Below, in pieces: positions 6,366-16,139 of a DNA stretch of 30,262 bases; the stretch's first letter is position 1; each line of letters begins with the position of its first letter. Origin of the DNA: a virus (taxonomy: Duplodnaviria > Caudoviricetes). A program made the translations under genes and the position numbers. The notes under the pieces are model-generated. The model saw only the letters and a program-made list of their open reading frames with translations. It searched no databases and had not been told where the DNA came from. The stretch is from the IMG/VR virus record IMGVR_UViG_3300008255_000350, positions 1 to 30,262 of that record; one strand, 5' to 3'.

Positions 6366-6387
6366 CGTACTACCCCTTATGTTGTAT
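6360..6387. other. dif-like 11-6-11 recombination site
   Basis: TTGCAACGTAC-TACCCC-TTATGTTGTAT; arms are 7/11 inverted; right arm matches the XerD arm TTATGTTAAAT at 9/11. Confidence 0.5.
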
Positions 6388-6435
6388 TGGTAAAATGGGG
6401 CGTGTTGTTAATTTCGGGGGTTAATTTATGGGGAG

Positions 6436-6465
6436 AAATAAAAGCCGGGGGCCAAAACCCCCGGC
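6436..6465 (-). terminator. Rho-independent terminator ending the late operon
   Basis: Minus strand GCCGGGGG-TTTTGG-CCCCCGGC followed by TTTTATTT. Confidence 0.85.
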
Positions 6466-6503
6466 AAAGGCTCAGGTGGCGGAGAAGAACCGCCAGGACC
6501 GGG

Positions 6504-6743
6504 TCAGTCTCTTGTGAGCTTCTTATATCTCGCCCGCGCAGTCTTATCGCTCACTCCGAGCATTTCGGAAAGCTGGTCTTTGTTTTTGATAGGCCAGTAC
6601 TTTATGAGTATGGCATCCTCTTCTGCCGTCCAGACCTTACCCGGGCGAATATTGGAATCGTCTATCTTTTCTATTTGCTCCAACATCTCGGGCGATATGG
6701 TGAGTTTATCCGCTGGTGTTATTTCTTTCCTTTGGTCAGACAC
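6504..6743 (-). CDS. Small SANT/Myb-like HTH protein
   Basis: WTAEEDAILIKYW...LSEMLGVSDKTARARYKKL; GTG start with GAGGGAG RBS. Confidence 0.75.
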   Translation of the reverse strand: MSDQRKEITPADKLTISPEMLEQIEKIDDSNIRPGKVWTAEEDAILIKYWPIKNKDQLSEMLGVSDKTARARYKKLTRD

Positions 6744-7528
6744 GTGTACTCCCTCTTCGCGTAGTTTTTGATAGGCATGAGAATCGGGCGGATGAAAGCC
6801 TCCCGGCTCTTCGGGTCAATCTCAATCAAGGTGAATCCAAAGTCGTATTTCCATGTCCTGAGGCGCCGGGTAAAGCTTGACTGTTTCGGTCCCCTGAGTT
6901 CTAAGGCGGGCGCGGTGTAGACTGTCCGCATGATTCCCCGGGCGCTGTCGGCTGTCCTGACTTCGAAACAGTAGTGAACGTGAGCCCGGAGAAGGATGTC
7001 GGCTGCCTGGTAATCCTCAAACTCAGATTGCAGGATGTCATTGATCAGCTCTTTTTGCATTTGGGTCTGCTGGCCGTATGGGATATCAGACCTGCCGACT
7101 ACATGCCGGACATGGATCCTCCTTCCGTATATTTCAAGCCTGAGTTCATCCTGTGCCTTGATTCCAAACTCACGGGCAATCTGATCTTCGTAGGCGGTAT
7201 GGCCGTCGGTGTGAAAACCTGTACCCCTGACGATATGCACGCGGTCAGCTTTCGGGAGCATGATGATTCTCTCGGCCATGAGAGCCTGCTCCCCGACATC
7301 GGTTGCCAGGTGGCTGGTGGTCTCTTTGTACCCCGGTCCGTCGATGGCATCCCCGTTGACGATAAGTTCGTCCACACGACCTATCTGCTTCACAGCGTCA
7401 GCGTAGAAGTTCCACGCGGGTACCTGCCATGATTTGCAATCCTCCCGGTGCCACTCTGGTGGAGTGAGGCCGAGAAGGTGCCCGGCGTGCATATCGTTAA
7501 TCAAGAGGATTCTGTGGTAACCTGGCAC
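6719..7528 (-). CDS. Calcineurin-like metallophosphoesterase
   Basis: DMH (DxH), NGDAIDG (GDxxD), GTGFH replacing GNH, VRH, AHVH (GHxH). Confidence 0.82.
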   Translation of the reverse strand: MPGYHRILLINDMHAGHLLGLTPPEWHREDCKSWQVPAWNFYADAVKQIGRVDELIVNGDAIDGPGYKETTSHLATDVGEQALMAERIIMLPKADRVHIVRGTGFHTDGHTAYEDQIAREFGIKAQDELRLEIYGRRIHVRHVVGRSDIPYGQQTQMQKELINDILQSEFEDYQAADILLRAHVHYCFEVRTADSARGIMRTVYTAPALELRGPKQSSFTRRLRTWKYDFGFTLIEIDPKSREAFIRPILMPIKNYAKREYTCLTKGKK

Positions 7529-7830
7529 TAAAAGAAGAGCCTCACAACCTCGGGCAGCATTGACATGAGGCCGATGATTAAGCCGTAGACAACAAGCCGC
7601 CTGTCAAAAGTATCGCCCCTCTTTCTGTTCCTCTCATCCATGGCAATCTTGACAGGGCAGGTCAATTCCCGGTTGAGAACGATATCTGTCACCCGCTCAT
7701 TGAGTTGCTTGATATCTCCGGCCTGCTCTTTAACGGCCTGGATAAGACCGTTTCCGCAGACGATAGTATGGAGCTCGGTGATCTTTGAGTTCATGTCGAT
7801 GATTTGTCTGTCCAATTCTTCGCGCTCCAT
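7528..7830 (-). CDS. Coiled-coil protein with C-terminal TM helix (lysis-associated / holin-like)
   Basis: C-terminal hydrophobic LVVYGLIIGLMSMLPEVVRLFF; follows the spanins. Confidence 0.6.
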   Translation of the reverse strand: MEREELDRQIIDMNSKITELHTIVCGNGLIQAVKEQAGDIKQLNERVTDIVLNRELTCPVKIAMDERNRKRGDTFDRRLVVYGLIIGLMSMLPEVVRLFF

Positions 7831-8075
7831 TATTCCGAGTATTCCGCTCTGATGGCTTTATATTTCTTCTCGACCGCTTCCACGTCGATATAAAACTCGG
7901 CTATCTGAATCCAAAGCTCTACCGGGATTATTACTGTCCCGGCTTCATCGTCGTATTCAACGCCGAAAGGAGCCGGTGGATCGGGGAAATCAATCTCCGG
8001 CGGGAGGATCGTCTCCGTCACTATTTCCGGCGAGCTTACGCATGATATCAGTAGCAGCGCGGCCAGGATTATCAT
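7830..8075 (-). CDS. o-spanin (Rz1-like lipoprotein)
   Basis: MIILAALLLISC lipobox, Pro-rich linker; overlaps the 3' end of the i-spanin in another frame (start 8075 or 8111). Confidence 0.75.
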   Translation of the reverse strand: MIILAALLLISCVSSPEIVTETILPPEIDFPDPPAPFGVEYDDEAGTVIIPVELWIQIAEFYIDVEAVEKKYKAIRAEYSE

Positions 8076-8307
8076 CAGACCGGACTTTACGTTTCTTGTC
8101 GGCTGTCTCACGGTTTACCTCCTCAATGGCTTTTATGATGTGATCGCGTTTTTTTATCTCATCTTTAAGAGTAGACACCTCTCTCCGGTGGGCGCGGTCT
8201 TTGGCCTGCATCTGCTGAGAGAGCTTCATTGATTTTTTAAGCTGTGCCACGAAAAGCCAAATGGCGCCCGCCGAAACTGCGCTTGCGATTATCGCCCAGG
8301 TTATCAT
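7990..8307 (-). CDS. i-spanin (Rz-like)
   Basis: N-terminal TM (MITWAIIASAVSAGAIWLFVA) then coiled coil; GGAGG RBS before ATG 8307. Confidence 0.75.
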   Translation of the reverse strand: MITWAIIASAVSAGAIWLFVAQLKKSMKLSQQMQAKDRAHRREVSTLKDEIKKRDHIIKAIEEVNRETADKKRKVRSDDNPGRAATDIMRKLAGNSDGDDPPAGD

Positions 8308-8579
8308 GTTTCCTCCAATGTGCATTGACCTTTTACTACCCGCCACTCATTCGCGTAATCGCGGTTGTGCAATCTTACGTTCATCGTGGCTGCGTAAACC
8401 GTTTGATCGTATTCACTCCGGGTAGTGCAGAGCCTTTCATAGATCTCCGTCTCCCCCTCAAAAATATAGACTGTGTTTTCCGCTGGCTGCCAGATCGGTT
8501 CAGGGATTACCGGAGCCTCGAATATCTCAAAAAGCTGAGCGCAAGCGATAAGGATCAGGCTAAGCCAAACGAACCGCAT
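8304..8579 (-). CDS. Hypothetical exported/lipoprotein-like protein
   Basis: MRFVWLSLILIAC signal-like N-terminus; stop overlaps the i-spanin start. Confidence 0.55.
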   Translation of the reverse strand: MRFVWLSLILIACAQLFEIFEAPVIPEPIWQPAENTVYIFEGETEIYERLCTTRSEYDQTVYAATMNVRLHNRDYANEWRVVKGQCTLEET

Positions 8580-8790
8580 GCCGGAACCCGGTGTCGCGCG
8601 AGAGCATGGCACAGCGGAGAGCTGCGGCTTTCATAACCTGATCTTTCTCATCTTCGAGAAACTCACGATCCTGAATCACTTCGAGAATCTCCCGCTCTTG
8701 ATCGACGGTCTCTTTGGTTCCGTCCTCTTTTGTCTGTTCGACCTGTACCGTTTCCATTTCGCCTGTGTGCTTGATTATTTCAATTTTCAT
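8560..8790 (-). CDS. 76-aa acidic hypothetical protein
   Basis: AAGGAG RBS; directly after the tail fibre gene. Confidence 0.7.
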   Translation of the reverse strand: MKIEIIKHTGEMETVQVEQTKEDGTKETVDQEREILEVIQDREFLEDEKDQVMKAAALRCAMLSRDTGFRHAVRLA

Positions 8791-8800
8791 ATCGATCTCC

Positions 8801-9886
8801 TTATGCTACGTATGATCTGCCAAAAAGATAGACATATGCCGCCATGTTGCGGGGGCGGGTCTCGCCTGCGGTTGTTGCGGATACTCGTGCATCCGGGGAG
8901 CTGGCTGAATCAAACCACATAGTTTTTATAGTGTCACTTCCAACAAGCCCTGTATTTCTCCGCGGGCCGGAAGCGTCAGATACAGCAAAAGCACCGTTGG
9001 TTGTTACACTCGCCCCTTCTGAAGCCCCCATCACGAAAATTGCTCCTGCTGTCAAATCCCCTGTGATCTTTTGCATCTGATCGAGCTTACGGAATCCACT
9101 TACACGGTCAGAGCCTTCGGACATAATCGCGTATCCGTCGATGGCAAAGAGGCGGGCAGTAGTCGTTGATCCTGCGACGCGGTGGCGATAGAAGGAGGCT
9201 GTAGCGGTTACGCCTCCCGAGTTATTGGATGCGGCATAAGCAAAGGAGATTGTACGGGCGAGTGTGTCAACATCGGTGATTGCGTAATCCCCAGCTGCAA
9301 TGTCACCGATGGCAGAGGCGAGCGTGATTGTCTGCCAGTTGCCGTATCCTCCGTGGGAGAGGTTATCCTCTCCGAGCACACCGAGAATTCCGTTCTCAGC
9401 GTCGGTATCGGAAAAGGTAAGCGTGGCAACGTTTGAGACGATCGCCCAGTTCGTCACGCTGAATTGATACTTCTCCCCGGTCTTATTGTGCATCCAGTAT
9501 GCAGGGCGAGCGCGGAGAAGCGGTACAAGGTCCGGCCAGTTGGTGGAGGAGATGTCTTCGTAGCTCTCAATCTCCGAGAGGCAGACAGCCGGGTTGAAGT
9601 CGTCCGGGTTGTCTTTGTCGAAAGCAGAGGGAGCCTCATACTCTTCCGAGGCATAGACTTCACCGAGCCTTTTACCGTACTGCACTGCAAGGCCTTTGAT
9701 TGCCGCGAGGATATATTCATTACTTCCCGCCGCCTCTGCAATCCCGAGCGCATCCTGAATACCGATAAGCTCAGACTGAGCATCGTTCATAAAGTCGGCT
9801 GTAATCTGCGTTCCCGTCGGGTTCGTGATAGGGTCGTAGTCTACAAACTCATTTGAGACGTGCCCCGGTCCTGCTATCTTTCTCAT
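8801..9886 (-). CDS. Tail fibre protein
   Basis: N-terminal Mu-S-like GTQITADFMNDAQSEL; C-terminal DQMQKITG...GAF...ETRPRNMA fibre-tip motif; follows the baseplate genes. Confidence 0.82.
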   Translation of the reverse strand: MRKIAGPGHVSNEFVDYDPITNPTGTQITADFMNDAQSELIGIQDALGIAEAAGSNEYILAAIKGLAVQYGKRLGEVYASEEYEAPSAFDKDNPDDFNPAVCLSEIESYEDISSTNWPDLVPLLRARPAYWMHNKTGEKYQFSVTNWAIVSNVATLTFSDTDAENGILGVLGEDNLSHGGYGNWQTITLASAIGDIAAGDYAITDVDTLARTISFAYAASNNSGGVTATASFYRHRVAGSTTTARLFAIDGYAIMSEGSDRVSGFRKLDQMQKITGDLTAGAIFVMGASEGASVTTNGAFAVSDASGPRRNTGLVGSDTIKTMWFDSASSPDARVSATTAGETRPRNMAAYVYLFGRSYVA

Positions 9887-10518
9887 TCTCTTCCTCTCCC
9901 TACTTCCGCGAGGCCGACCATTGCGAGGCCGGTCTCAGATGTCTTCGACAGCTCTAAGACTGTCACGTTGTAAACCGCTATGTGAGTAAGCGGCGCTATC
10001 CTTTCTAAAATGTTCTGCACGCCAGTAAGATCGTAAGCCGTCGATACTTCGCCGGTCACCCGGTAATAGTAAACGGGGTACGTTCCATCCTGTGCACCGA
10101 CCGGTATCCATGATGGATAACTTGTGACGAACATCTGACCGACAACGCCGTAGCCAACCATGTTGTCAGGCTCGCTTTGATATTCCTCAAGCGTCACATT
10201 CGGGTAGGCTACCTGCAAGATCGATTCGATGTACTCTTTTGACTGTCCGCCGATTGCGGTAAATGCCTGGCGCGCCCTGCGACGTAGAACCGATTTGTCC
10301 TGTGTTGAGTCATAAGAAATCCCGAGCTGAGCGTACCACTGCTGCAAGGTGTCATCCGCTGTACCCGGGTTGCCCTCGGTTATGACGGCCATAAGAAAAA
10401 CCCGGAGGCGTTCGAGTGATTCGGCGAGAGCGTCGATGAGATTACCGAGGCTGCCCGTGAGTAGCCATGTAAGCCCGCGGGGGAATGCGCTTCTGAGTGC
10501 CGACCTCATCAGACCCAT
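9883..10518 (-). CDS. Baseplate wedge protein, Mu gp48-like
   Basis: FPRGLTW, EGNPGTADDTLQQW, GGQSKEYI, RIAPLTH motifs; after baseplate J. Confidence 0.82.
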   Translation of the reverse strand: MGLMRSALRSAFPRGLTWLLTGSLGNLIDALAESLERLRVFLMAVITEGNPGTADDTLQQWYAQLGISYDSTQDKSVLRRRARQAFTAIGGQSKEYIESILQVAYPNVTLEEYQSEPDNMVGYGVVGQMFVTSYPSWIPVGAQDGTYPVYYYRVTGEVSTAYDLTGVQNILERIAPLTHIAVYNVTVLELSKTSETGLAMVGLAEVGRGRE

Positions 10519-11594
10519 GTCAGCGTCCTTAAAACTGCGAGTTCGGAATCATCAAGCTCATAGCTTGTGATCGATGATCCCCCGGCGTTCTTCAGGTCCA
10601 CGGTTGCAACCTGGGCGCCGGCGTCCGCTGTAATTTTTGCAAGCTCCACCTGAGAGACTGTATGTAAGTCATTCGGCTGATCGTCATATTGCAATGGCCG
10701 CCGGGCGTACATGTAGGTCTCAATCGCCGATTCAATCGCCGACTTGACCGCTGCGGTGTTCGGGCTTAAGTTCGCAATATCAACGTCAAAGTTCAGCTCA
10801 GTAAAAGCGATGGCCGAGACTTGAGCGTTCATCGGCTTTCTCTCCGGGTCTCCTACATACGCCTCTACCTCAGCGAGTTTCGTGCTGTCCGGTATTCGGT
10901 CTGCCGGGTCTGCTACATCGAGAAGCGGATAGACATTTACAAAGCCCGCTGTCGGTTGAAAAGCGAATGCTTCGGCAATGCCTGATACCTCGGTTGCCCA
11001 GAGAACATAGTCCGCTACCGCCCCGCCCTGCGGCTGATTTTGCTGCCGGAAAAGTATGCGGGCCCGGTACGCTATAAGGGTCTCTTGATTCTCCCCCGCC
11101 TGAGTTACCGTGAGGACCGTGACGGTATTATCTACCCCGGCGATGGGAGAGACGATTGTCAGCGTGTCGGAAACATCAAGGTCAACGTCCGCCCCGCCTT
11201 CGAGTGATTCGAGTTTGATTGTCCCCGTCGTGGTGAAAACAAGGGCCTCGGTTACCTGATAGACTACCCCGTCTTTCTGATAGAGCGTCCCGACCGGGAC
11301 CGTAGCGCCTGTCCCGGTTATCGTCGCTGTCCCTATCCACTGCTGCGCGGGGGTGCGGATAAGTCCATACTCTGCTCCCCTGAGTGCCAGGGTGTCGTCG
11401 TCCATCGTGAGGGTAAATATCTGATCATAGAGCCATGCCCCGAGGCGGTAGAGAAGATGGAGAGTCCCGGCCAGTGCCGTTGCCAATACACGCCATACCG
11501 CGCGGGGAAGGAGGGGCGCGGCCTGCCCTGTTTTCGATTCGATGTCTGAAAGTATATCGTCTCGGATTTCCGCAATCGTCGGAATGGTTATCAT
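10509..11594 (-). CDS. Baseplate J-like protein (Mu gp47)
   Basis: PTIAEIRD, LRGAEYGLIRTPA, YRARIL...QGGAVADYVLWATEVSGI. Confidence 0.9.
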   Translation of the reverse strand: MITIPTIAEIRDDILSDIESKTGQAAPLLPRAVWRVLATALAGTLHLLYRLGAWLYDQIFTLTMDDDTLALRGAEYGLIRTPAQQWIGTATITGTGATVPVGTLYQKDGVVYQVTEALVFTTTGTIKLESLEGGADVDLDVSDTLTIVSPIAGVDNTVTVLTVTQAGENQETLIAYRARILFRQQNQPQGGAVADYVLWATEVSGIAEAFAFQPTAGFVNVYPLLDVADPADRIPDSTKLAEVEAYVGDPERKPMNAQVSAIAFTELNFDVDIANLSPNTAAVKSAIESAIETYMYARRPLQYDDQPNDLHTVSQVELAKITADAGAQVATVDLKNAGGSSITSYELDDSELAVLRTLTWV

Positions 11595-11998
11595 AAGAGC
11601 GTGACCTCCTGAGCGTCCCAGTTAAGGGAGTAAGCAAAATTGACAGTCTCATCCGGCTTTACAATCTTGACCCGGAGATTAAGCCTTCCGCCCGGTTTTA
11701 TTTCCGCTTCGACTTCTATCTCATCGGCTATCCCTATATCAGTCATCCATGCCAGGGATGAGCGGGCCGCTTCGATGGCATTGTTCCGCGTCTCGGTTGT
11801 GAGCTGCCCTGACATTATATCCGGGAGAGTAGAGGTATACCGTTCATTTACATCGCTGATTGCGTTGCCCCAGTAGGGCCCGGTGAAGAGGGATAGGAAT
11901 ACCGCGTTTGATATTCCGTCGGCCATCTCCGGTTTGCCATTCAGAATGGTGATATCCGGGGTGCTGTTTTCAATCGTGAGCTTTAGGTCTGCCATCAT
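11591..11998 (-). CDS. Baseplate protein, Mu gp46-like
   Basis: AVFLSLFTGPYWGN, ARSSLAWMTDIGIA. Confidence 0.85.
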   Translation of the reverse strand: MMADLKLTIENSTPDITILNGKPEMADGISNAVFLSLFTGPYWGNAISDVNERYTSTLPDIMSGQLTTETRNNAIEAARSSLAWMTDIGIADEIEVEAEIKPGGRLNLRVKIVKPDETVNFAYSLNWDAQEVTLL

Positions 11999-12492
11999 CC
12001 CCCCGTTTTTATTGTTGTGGTCTCTGCTGCCGAGATATCAAGCGTCAGCGTTCCCGGCGTTCCTGACCCGTCTGTCTTTGTCCCGAGTGCCGTGTTGAGC
12101 GCCGTAATCATCCCCTGAAGTGCAATATCAAGCTCTGCATGAGTAACGAGGGTTTTATCATCCCCGTTGAGTTCAATGTCGCCGGTGTTCGTCAGGTTCA
12201 TTTGAGCCGCGACGGTGTTACCTGCGGCATTCGTTGAGAACAAAATCGTCTCCCCGGTCGCCGGGTTAATTTCGACCCGGTAATTATGAGAGGCGATTAT
12301 TATGCGCCCGGTTCCTACAGGGAGTTCTATCACCCTGTCGCCCGCTGGCGGGTTTGAGACTACGCCCGGAGGATGGTAGAGTTCTGATTCCCGCTCTGCA
12401 ATTGCTGTCGCGGTTTTCACAATGACAGAATCACCGGGGGCATTCCCCTTGGTCCCGATCCTGCTACCTGTAACCCGCGTCAATCCTCCCAT
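11995..12492 (-). CDS. Baseplate spike, Mu gp45-like
   Basis: HPPGVVSNPPAG, GETILFS; sits between the hub and gp46-like genes. Confidence 0.75.
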   Translation of the reverse strand: MGGLTRVTGSRIGTKGNAPGDSVIVKTATAIAERESELYHPPGVVSNPPAGDRVIELPVGTGRIIIASHNYRVEINPATGETILFSTNAAGNTVAAQMNLTNTGDIELNGDDKTLVTHAELDIALQGMITALNTALGTKTDGSGTPGTLTLDISAAETTTIKTGG

Positions 12493-13520
12493 GGCAATAC
12501 CTCCGGGTATGTGTTGGAGTATGTTTCGGGGAGAGCGAGGTCGAGAGATGTTATCTGTCCGCCTGATTCATCGAGCTGAAGAGTTGCGCGACGAACGATC
12601 AAGAGAGTCGGCTTGACGATAAATGCACCTGGGGCTCTAACCCTGGCAATATCTCCTGCTCTCCAAAGGTCCGCACCGTGCCTCCATCCCCTGACTGTCG
12701 CATTGCAGGTGTAACTGTCGATCATTGCCAGCGACCTTGCGAGGCGTGCGGCTGCATCGTAGTCGGTCGATTCCTGCCGGGGCGATATGATCTTGGTACC
12801 CCTGATGTTTATCGGCATCCTACGGTCTCTCACGGTAGCCGATATATCGGGGTTGCCATCGGTCGAGGCGACGATAATGTATTCACTGTGCAGCTTTGTA
12901 ACATCGTGCCCGGTCGAGATTGATATTACGTTCGGGTTACCTTCGACAATATCCGCTACCGGTTTACGGTCTGATATGGTGACATACTCAAGAGTACCGC
13001 CTGCCGTCGGCCGGGCAAAATAGCCGTTTGCTGAAGCGAGGATTGAAAGAAAATCGAATATCGATTGACCCGGCTCTATCTCAACGTCTGCGAAAGGCGC
13101 GGTATCCGGTATCGCCTTGACGGTGTACGGGAAAGCGATCTTCTGCGCGATCTGATTGAATGTGAGGCCTGAGAACTGGAACGGAGGACCGGCGGACCAG
13201 TCTATCAGGACACCTGTCACCCCGCGCCCCTGCAGGATGGCCGACCTCTCGCCCCCGGCAGTCGTAAATGATGGGAGTTCGAGGTACCCGGTAATGATCT
13301 TTTCATTGTCGGCCTTCACAACGATCTGCTGATTCTCGTACGGGCGGAACCGGGCTATATTCTCAGCCGTCGGGTTCCACGGGATCGCAAAACTGAAAGC
13401 ATCTGCCCCGGAATCAATCGAGCGGACTACCTGAAGCCCGGACCAGCCTGAGACGCGCTCCCCGGATATAACTTCCCCCGCCTGAGTACCTCCGATTTCG
13501 ATGTAGATATTGCTACTCAT
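12480..13520 (-). CDS. Baseplate hub protein, Mu gpP (gp44)-like
   Basis: GWSGLQVVRSID, ITGYLE, GRGVTGVLIDWS, IEPGQSIFDFL, VRGWR...LWRAG; start set at ATG 13520. Confidence 0.85.
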   Translation of the reverse strand: MSSNIYIEIGGTQAGEVISGERVSGWSGLQVVRSIDSGADAFSFAIPWNPTAENIARFRPYENQQIVVKADNEKIITGYLELPSFTTAGGERSAILQGRGVTGVLIDWSAGPPFQFSGLTFNQIAQKIAFPYTVKAIPDTAPFADVEIEPGQSIFDFLSILASANGYFARPTAGGTLEYVTISDRKPVADIVEGNPNVISISTGHDVTKLHSEYIIVASTDGNPDISATVRDRRMPINIRGTKIISPRQESTDYDAAARLARSLAMIDSYTCNATVRGWRHGADLWRAGDIARVRAPGAFIVKPTLLIVRRATLQLDESGGQITSLDLALPETYSNTYPEVLPWED

Positions 13521-14754
13521 ACCAGCGCACCTCTCGGCCACGGGGAACGAGGAGTATCTCGGGGCCCGTCAGGGCGTTGTATTCAATGAACTGATCGAGA
13601 GTATCCTCGAAATTGTCGAGGTCTTCATACAGGGTGAACACAATGTTCAAGGGTGTTGCATCCTCGGTGAGAGTCTTTTTCTTTTCCGCCGGTAGGCCGA
13701 GGCTCCTGTCGATTAGGTTTGAGACCGCCCGGGCCGCCGCCGATTCTGCCGAAAGGCGGCTTACGTGATCTGAATAAAAGCCGCCTGCGGTCTCTACCGA
13801 TTCGAGGGTAGATGCAAGCCCAGAGTTCAGGTCGTTCAATTTCGATATGATCGAGGCTGCTTCCGCCCGCGTCCTGATCGTCCCGTCGATGGTTGATTCA
13901 GCCGCTGCCGCCTGGATCGCGTTGACCTGAGAGGCGTTTACAAGTCCGACCATCTGACCGTAGGCGGTCGTCTGAGAAACAAAGCCCGAGACGATCGTGG
14001 TATAGAGCGCCTCATATCCTTCAATCTTGGATTGAATCCCGGTAACTGTTCGCGCCGGGAGACGGTAGAGCGTCAGGAGTTCTGCCATCAGGTCAGCGGG
14101 GGCTGTTATCAGGGTGTCAATCTCATTGGTGATCGTGGTGATTGCCGCTTGTATGTCTTCCTGTAGTCCATCGACCGCCGCCGAGACGGTAGCAAATGCG
14201 GCCTTTGTTTTCGTAAGCCCTGAGAGGACAGATGCTTTCAATCCTGCGAGCGCCCCGGGATCCGTTATCTCCGTGCCGTAGAGTGAGTCGGCAATATCAG
14301 AGGCGGCCTGCTCTGCATCGGCTGCAATCTGTAGGTCGGGTGCGGCTTCAATCTTTGGGTATTCATCTGACCCCTCGGGGGCCAGGATAAAATCTATATT
14401 GAATACTGCGCGGCCTGCGCCTTCTACGAACTGCTCCACCTGGGTACGGGGGTTCGGCAGTACCCTGAGGTTCCCCCACCTTGGATGGTTGAGAATCCCG
14501 GGGCCGATCTCGTGCATGGCTTCCCAGAATCTATCTGCCTCAATGTCATAATCAGACCCGCTGATGTAGCAGACGACAGGATAGACCGGGGTTATGTTGC
14601 CTAGGTCCTGAACGGTCCCGCCGTCTGTTCCCGGCGCTTCTATGACCGGGGCCTTCTTGCCGCCCGCCCTGGATACATCATCAAAAGAGAGGGAAAAGGA
14701 TTTCCCTGACGGAGAGGTATACGTCATTGTCCTGAGGCGATCTGTCCAACTCAT
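13513..14754 (-). CDS. DNA circularisation protein, Mu gpN-like
   Basis: MSWTDRL, VQDLG, GPGILNHPRWG; C-terminal LysM-like segment. Confidence 0.85.
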   Translation of the reverse strand: MSWTDRLRTMTYTSPSGKSFSLSFDDVSRAGGKKAPVIEAPGTDGGTVQDLGNITPVYPVVCYISGSDYDIEADRFWEAMHEIGPGILNHPRWGNLRVLPNPRTQVEQFVEGAGRAVFNIDFILAPEGSDEYPKIEAAPDLQIAADAEQAASDIADSLYGTEITDPGALAGLKASVLSGLTKTKAAFATVSAAVDGLQEDIQAAITTITNEIDTLITAPADLMAELLTLYRLPARTVTGIQSKIEGYEALYTTIVSGFVSQTTAYGQMVGLVNASQVNAIQAAAAESTIDGTIRTRAEAASIISKLNDLNSGLASTLESVETAGGFYSDHVSRLSAESAAARAVSNLIDRSLGLPAEKKKTLTEDATPLNIVFTLYEDLDNFEDTLDQFIEYNALTGPEILLVPRGREVRWYE

Positions 14755-16139
14755 GGGCGTGCCTGCGAATAGCCGTAGTTTAGGGAGACGCCGGGGGCCT
14801 GCCCGCGCTGCCTGACTGTTGAGTTCTGAGGGAGGCCACCGACATTTATATCAACGGTAGATCGTGATTCCGAGACCGACCGAGATTCATTCATGCCTTG
14901 ATTTGCCGACACAAGGCCGCGCATTTCTGGCCGTCCGGCACCGCGTCCGCCGTAAAAATCCCGGCCCTCTTCGGTCGATTCCCCGCCGAGTCCTATGATA
15001 TTCCCGACAGCTTTGGCAAGCCCTGTGATCTTTTCCCATATCGCTTTGATCCTGTTCCACGCGTTTTCAAAGCTCATAACGATACCTTCCCAGAGGCCGC
15101 CTAAGAATATTTTTACCTTGTCCCAGTTTTTTGCGTAGAACCAGATTGCACCGACAGCCGCTGCGACTGCTGCAACGATAAGGCCTATGGGGTTAGCAGT
15201 GACCGCGATGTTAAAGGCGATCTGTGCCGCCTTCGCGATTACCATGACAGCTTGAAAGGCTTTTATCGTTGCCATGATCGCCTTGAAAGCGACGACTGCC
15301 GCAAGGATTGCAGGGATCGTTCCGTTCTGCCACTGCTCTGCGAGAAACTTGGCGGCCCTGGTGATCCCTTCAATGAAGCCCTGTATCTTCTGGTTGATCA
15401 GGTCTTGATTAGCTGCTGCCCAGTCTGCAAGATTTTGGATCAGCGGCTGCACTGCTGTAACGAGCGGGGCTATTGCATTATTTTTGACAGCCGTGACCGC
15501 GCTTTTCAAATTGGTGAGAGAGTCTACAAACTTCTCTGACCCTTCGGCGGCTTCGGTCGTTACAATGTTACCGTATTTTCTGGCTTCTTCCCGGAGAGCT
15601 TCGACTCCATCGGCGCCATTCTCAGCCATCGTTATGAGCTCTTGACCGGCCCTACCGAATGCCGCCTGTGATAGGGCGGCGCGGTCCATCGGGTTTTTTA
15701 TACTCGATATCTCGTTTACAAGTAGATTGAACGCTTCCTCGTTGGATTCCACATTTTTCAATTGCTCTGCAAGAGCCGGATTTGATTTGTTCAAGAATGT
15801 CGTAAGGGTTCCAGTTCCCACCCGGAGGTCTCCGACATTTCGGTTAAGCTTTTCAAGAGATTTGGTGAGAGTTTCAGACGATACCCCGGATCGTTCGGCG
15901 GCAAAGCGTAGCTCCTGCAATGCTTCGGCAGTTACTCCAACACGCCTGGAAGTCTTTGCTATCTCGTCGCCAGCCTCGGCAAACTTAAGAGTTGACCTCG
16001 CTACCGCGAAAGTAGCGGCGGCCATACCTGCACCGACTGCAATGGAGAAACGTTTGACGTTCTGCTGCATCCGGCGGACCGGGCCTGACATTCGGTCAAC
16101 GGCATTAAAGGTTGTGGAGACTGTCGGCTTCTTTGCCAT
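14751..16139 (-). CDS. Tape measure protein (short, 462 aa)
   Basis: AVDRMSGP start, LQELRFAAERSGV, ANPIGLIVAAVAA, W-spaced helical repeats. Confidence 0.88.
   Translation of the reverse strand: MAKKPTVSTTFNAVDRMSGPVRRMQQNVKRFSIAVGAGMAAATFAVARSTLKFAEAGDEIAKTSRRVGVTAEALQELRFAAERSGVSSETLTKSLEKLNRNVGDLRVGTGTLTTFLNKSNPALAEQLKNVESNEEAFNLLVNEISSIKNPMDRAALSQAAFGRAGQELITMAENGADGVEALREEARKYGNIVTTEAAEGSEKFVDSLTNLKSAVTAVKNNAIAPLVTAVQPLIQNLADWAAANQDLINQKIQGFIEGITRAAKFLAEQWQNGTIPAILAAVVAFKAIMATIKAFQAVMVIAKAAQIAFNIAVTANPIGLIVAAVAAAVGAIWFYAKNWDKVKIFLGGLWEGIVMSFENAWNRIKAIWEKITGLAKAVGNIIGLGGESTEEGRDFYGGRGAGRPEMRGLVSANQGMNESRSVSESRSTVDINVGGLPQNSTVRQRGQAPGVSLNYGYSQARP

Noticed and set aside
8801-9886. Tail-fibre diversification by DGR or invertible cassette
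   Set aside because: No reverse transcriptase, no duplicated TR/VR segment, and no inverted second fibre end seen.
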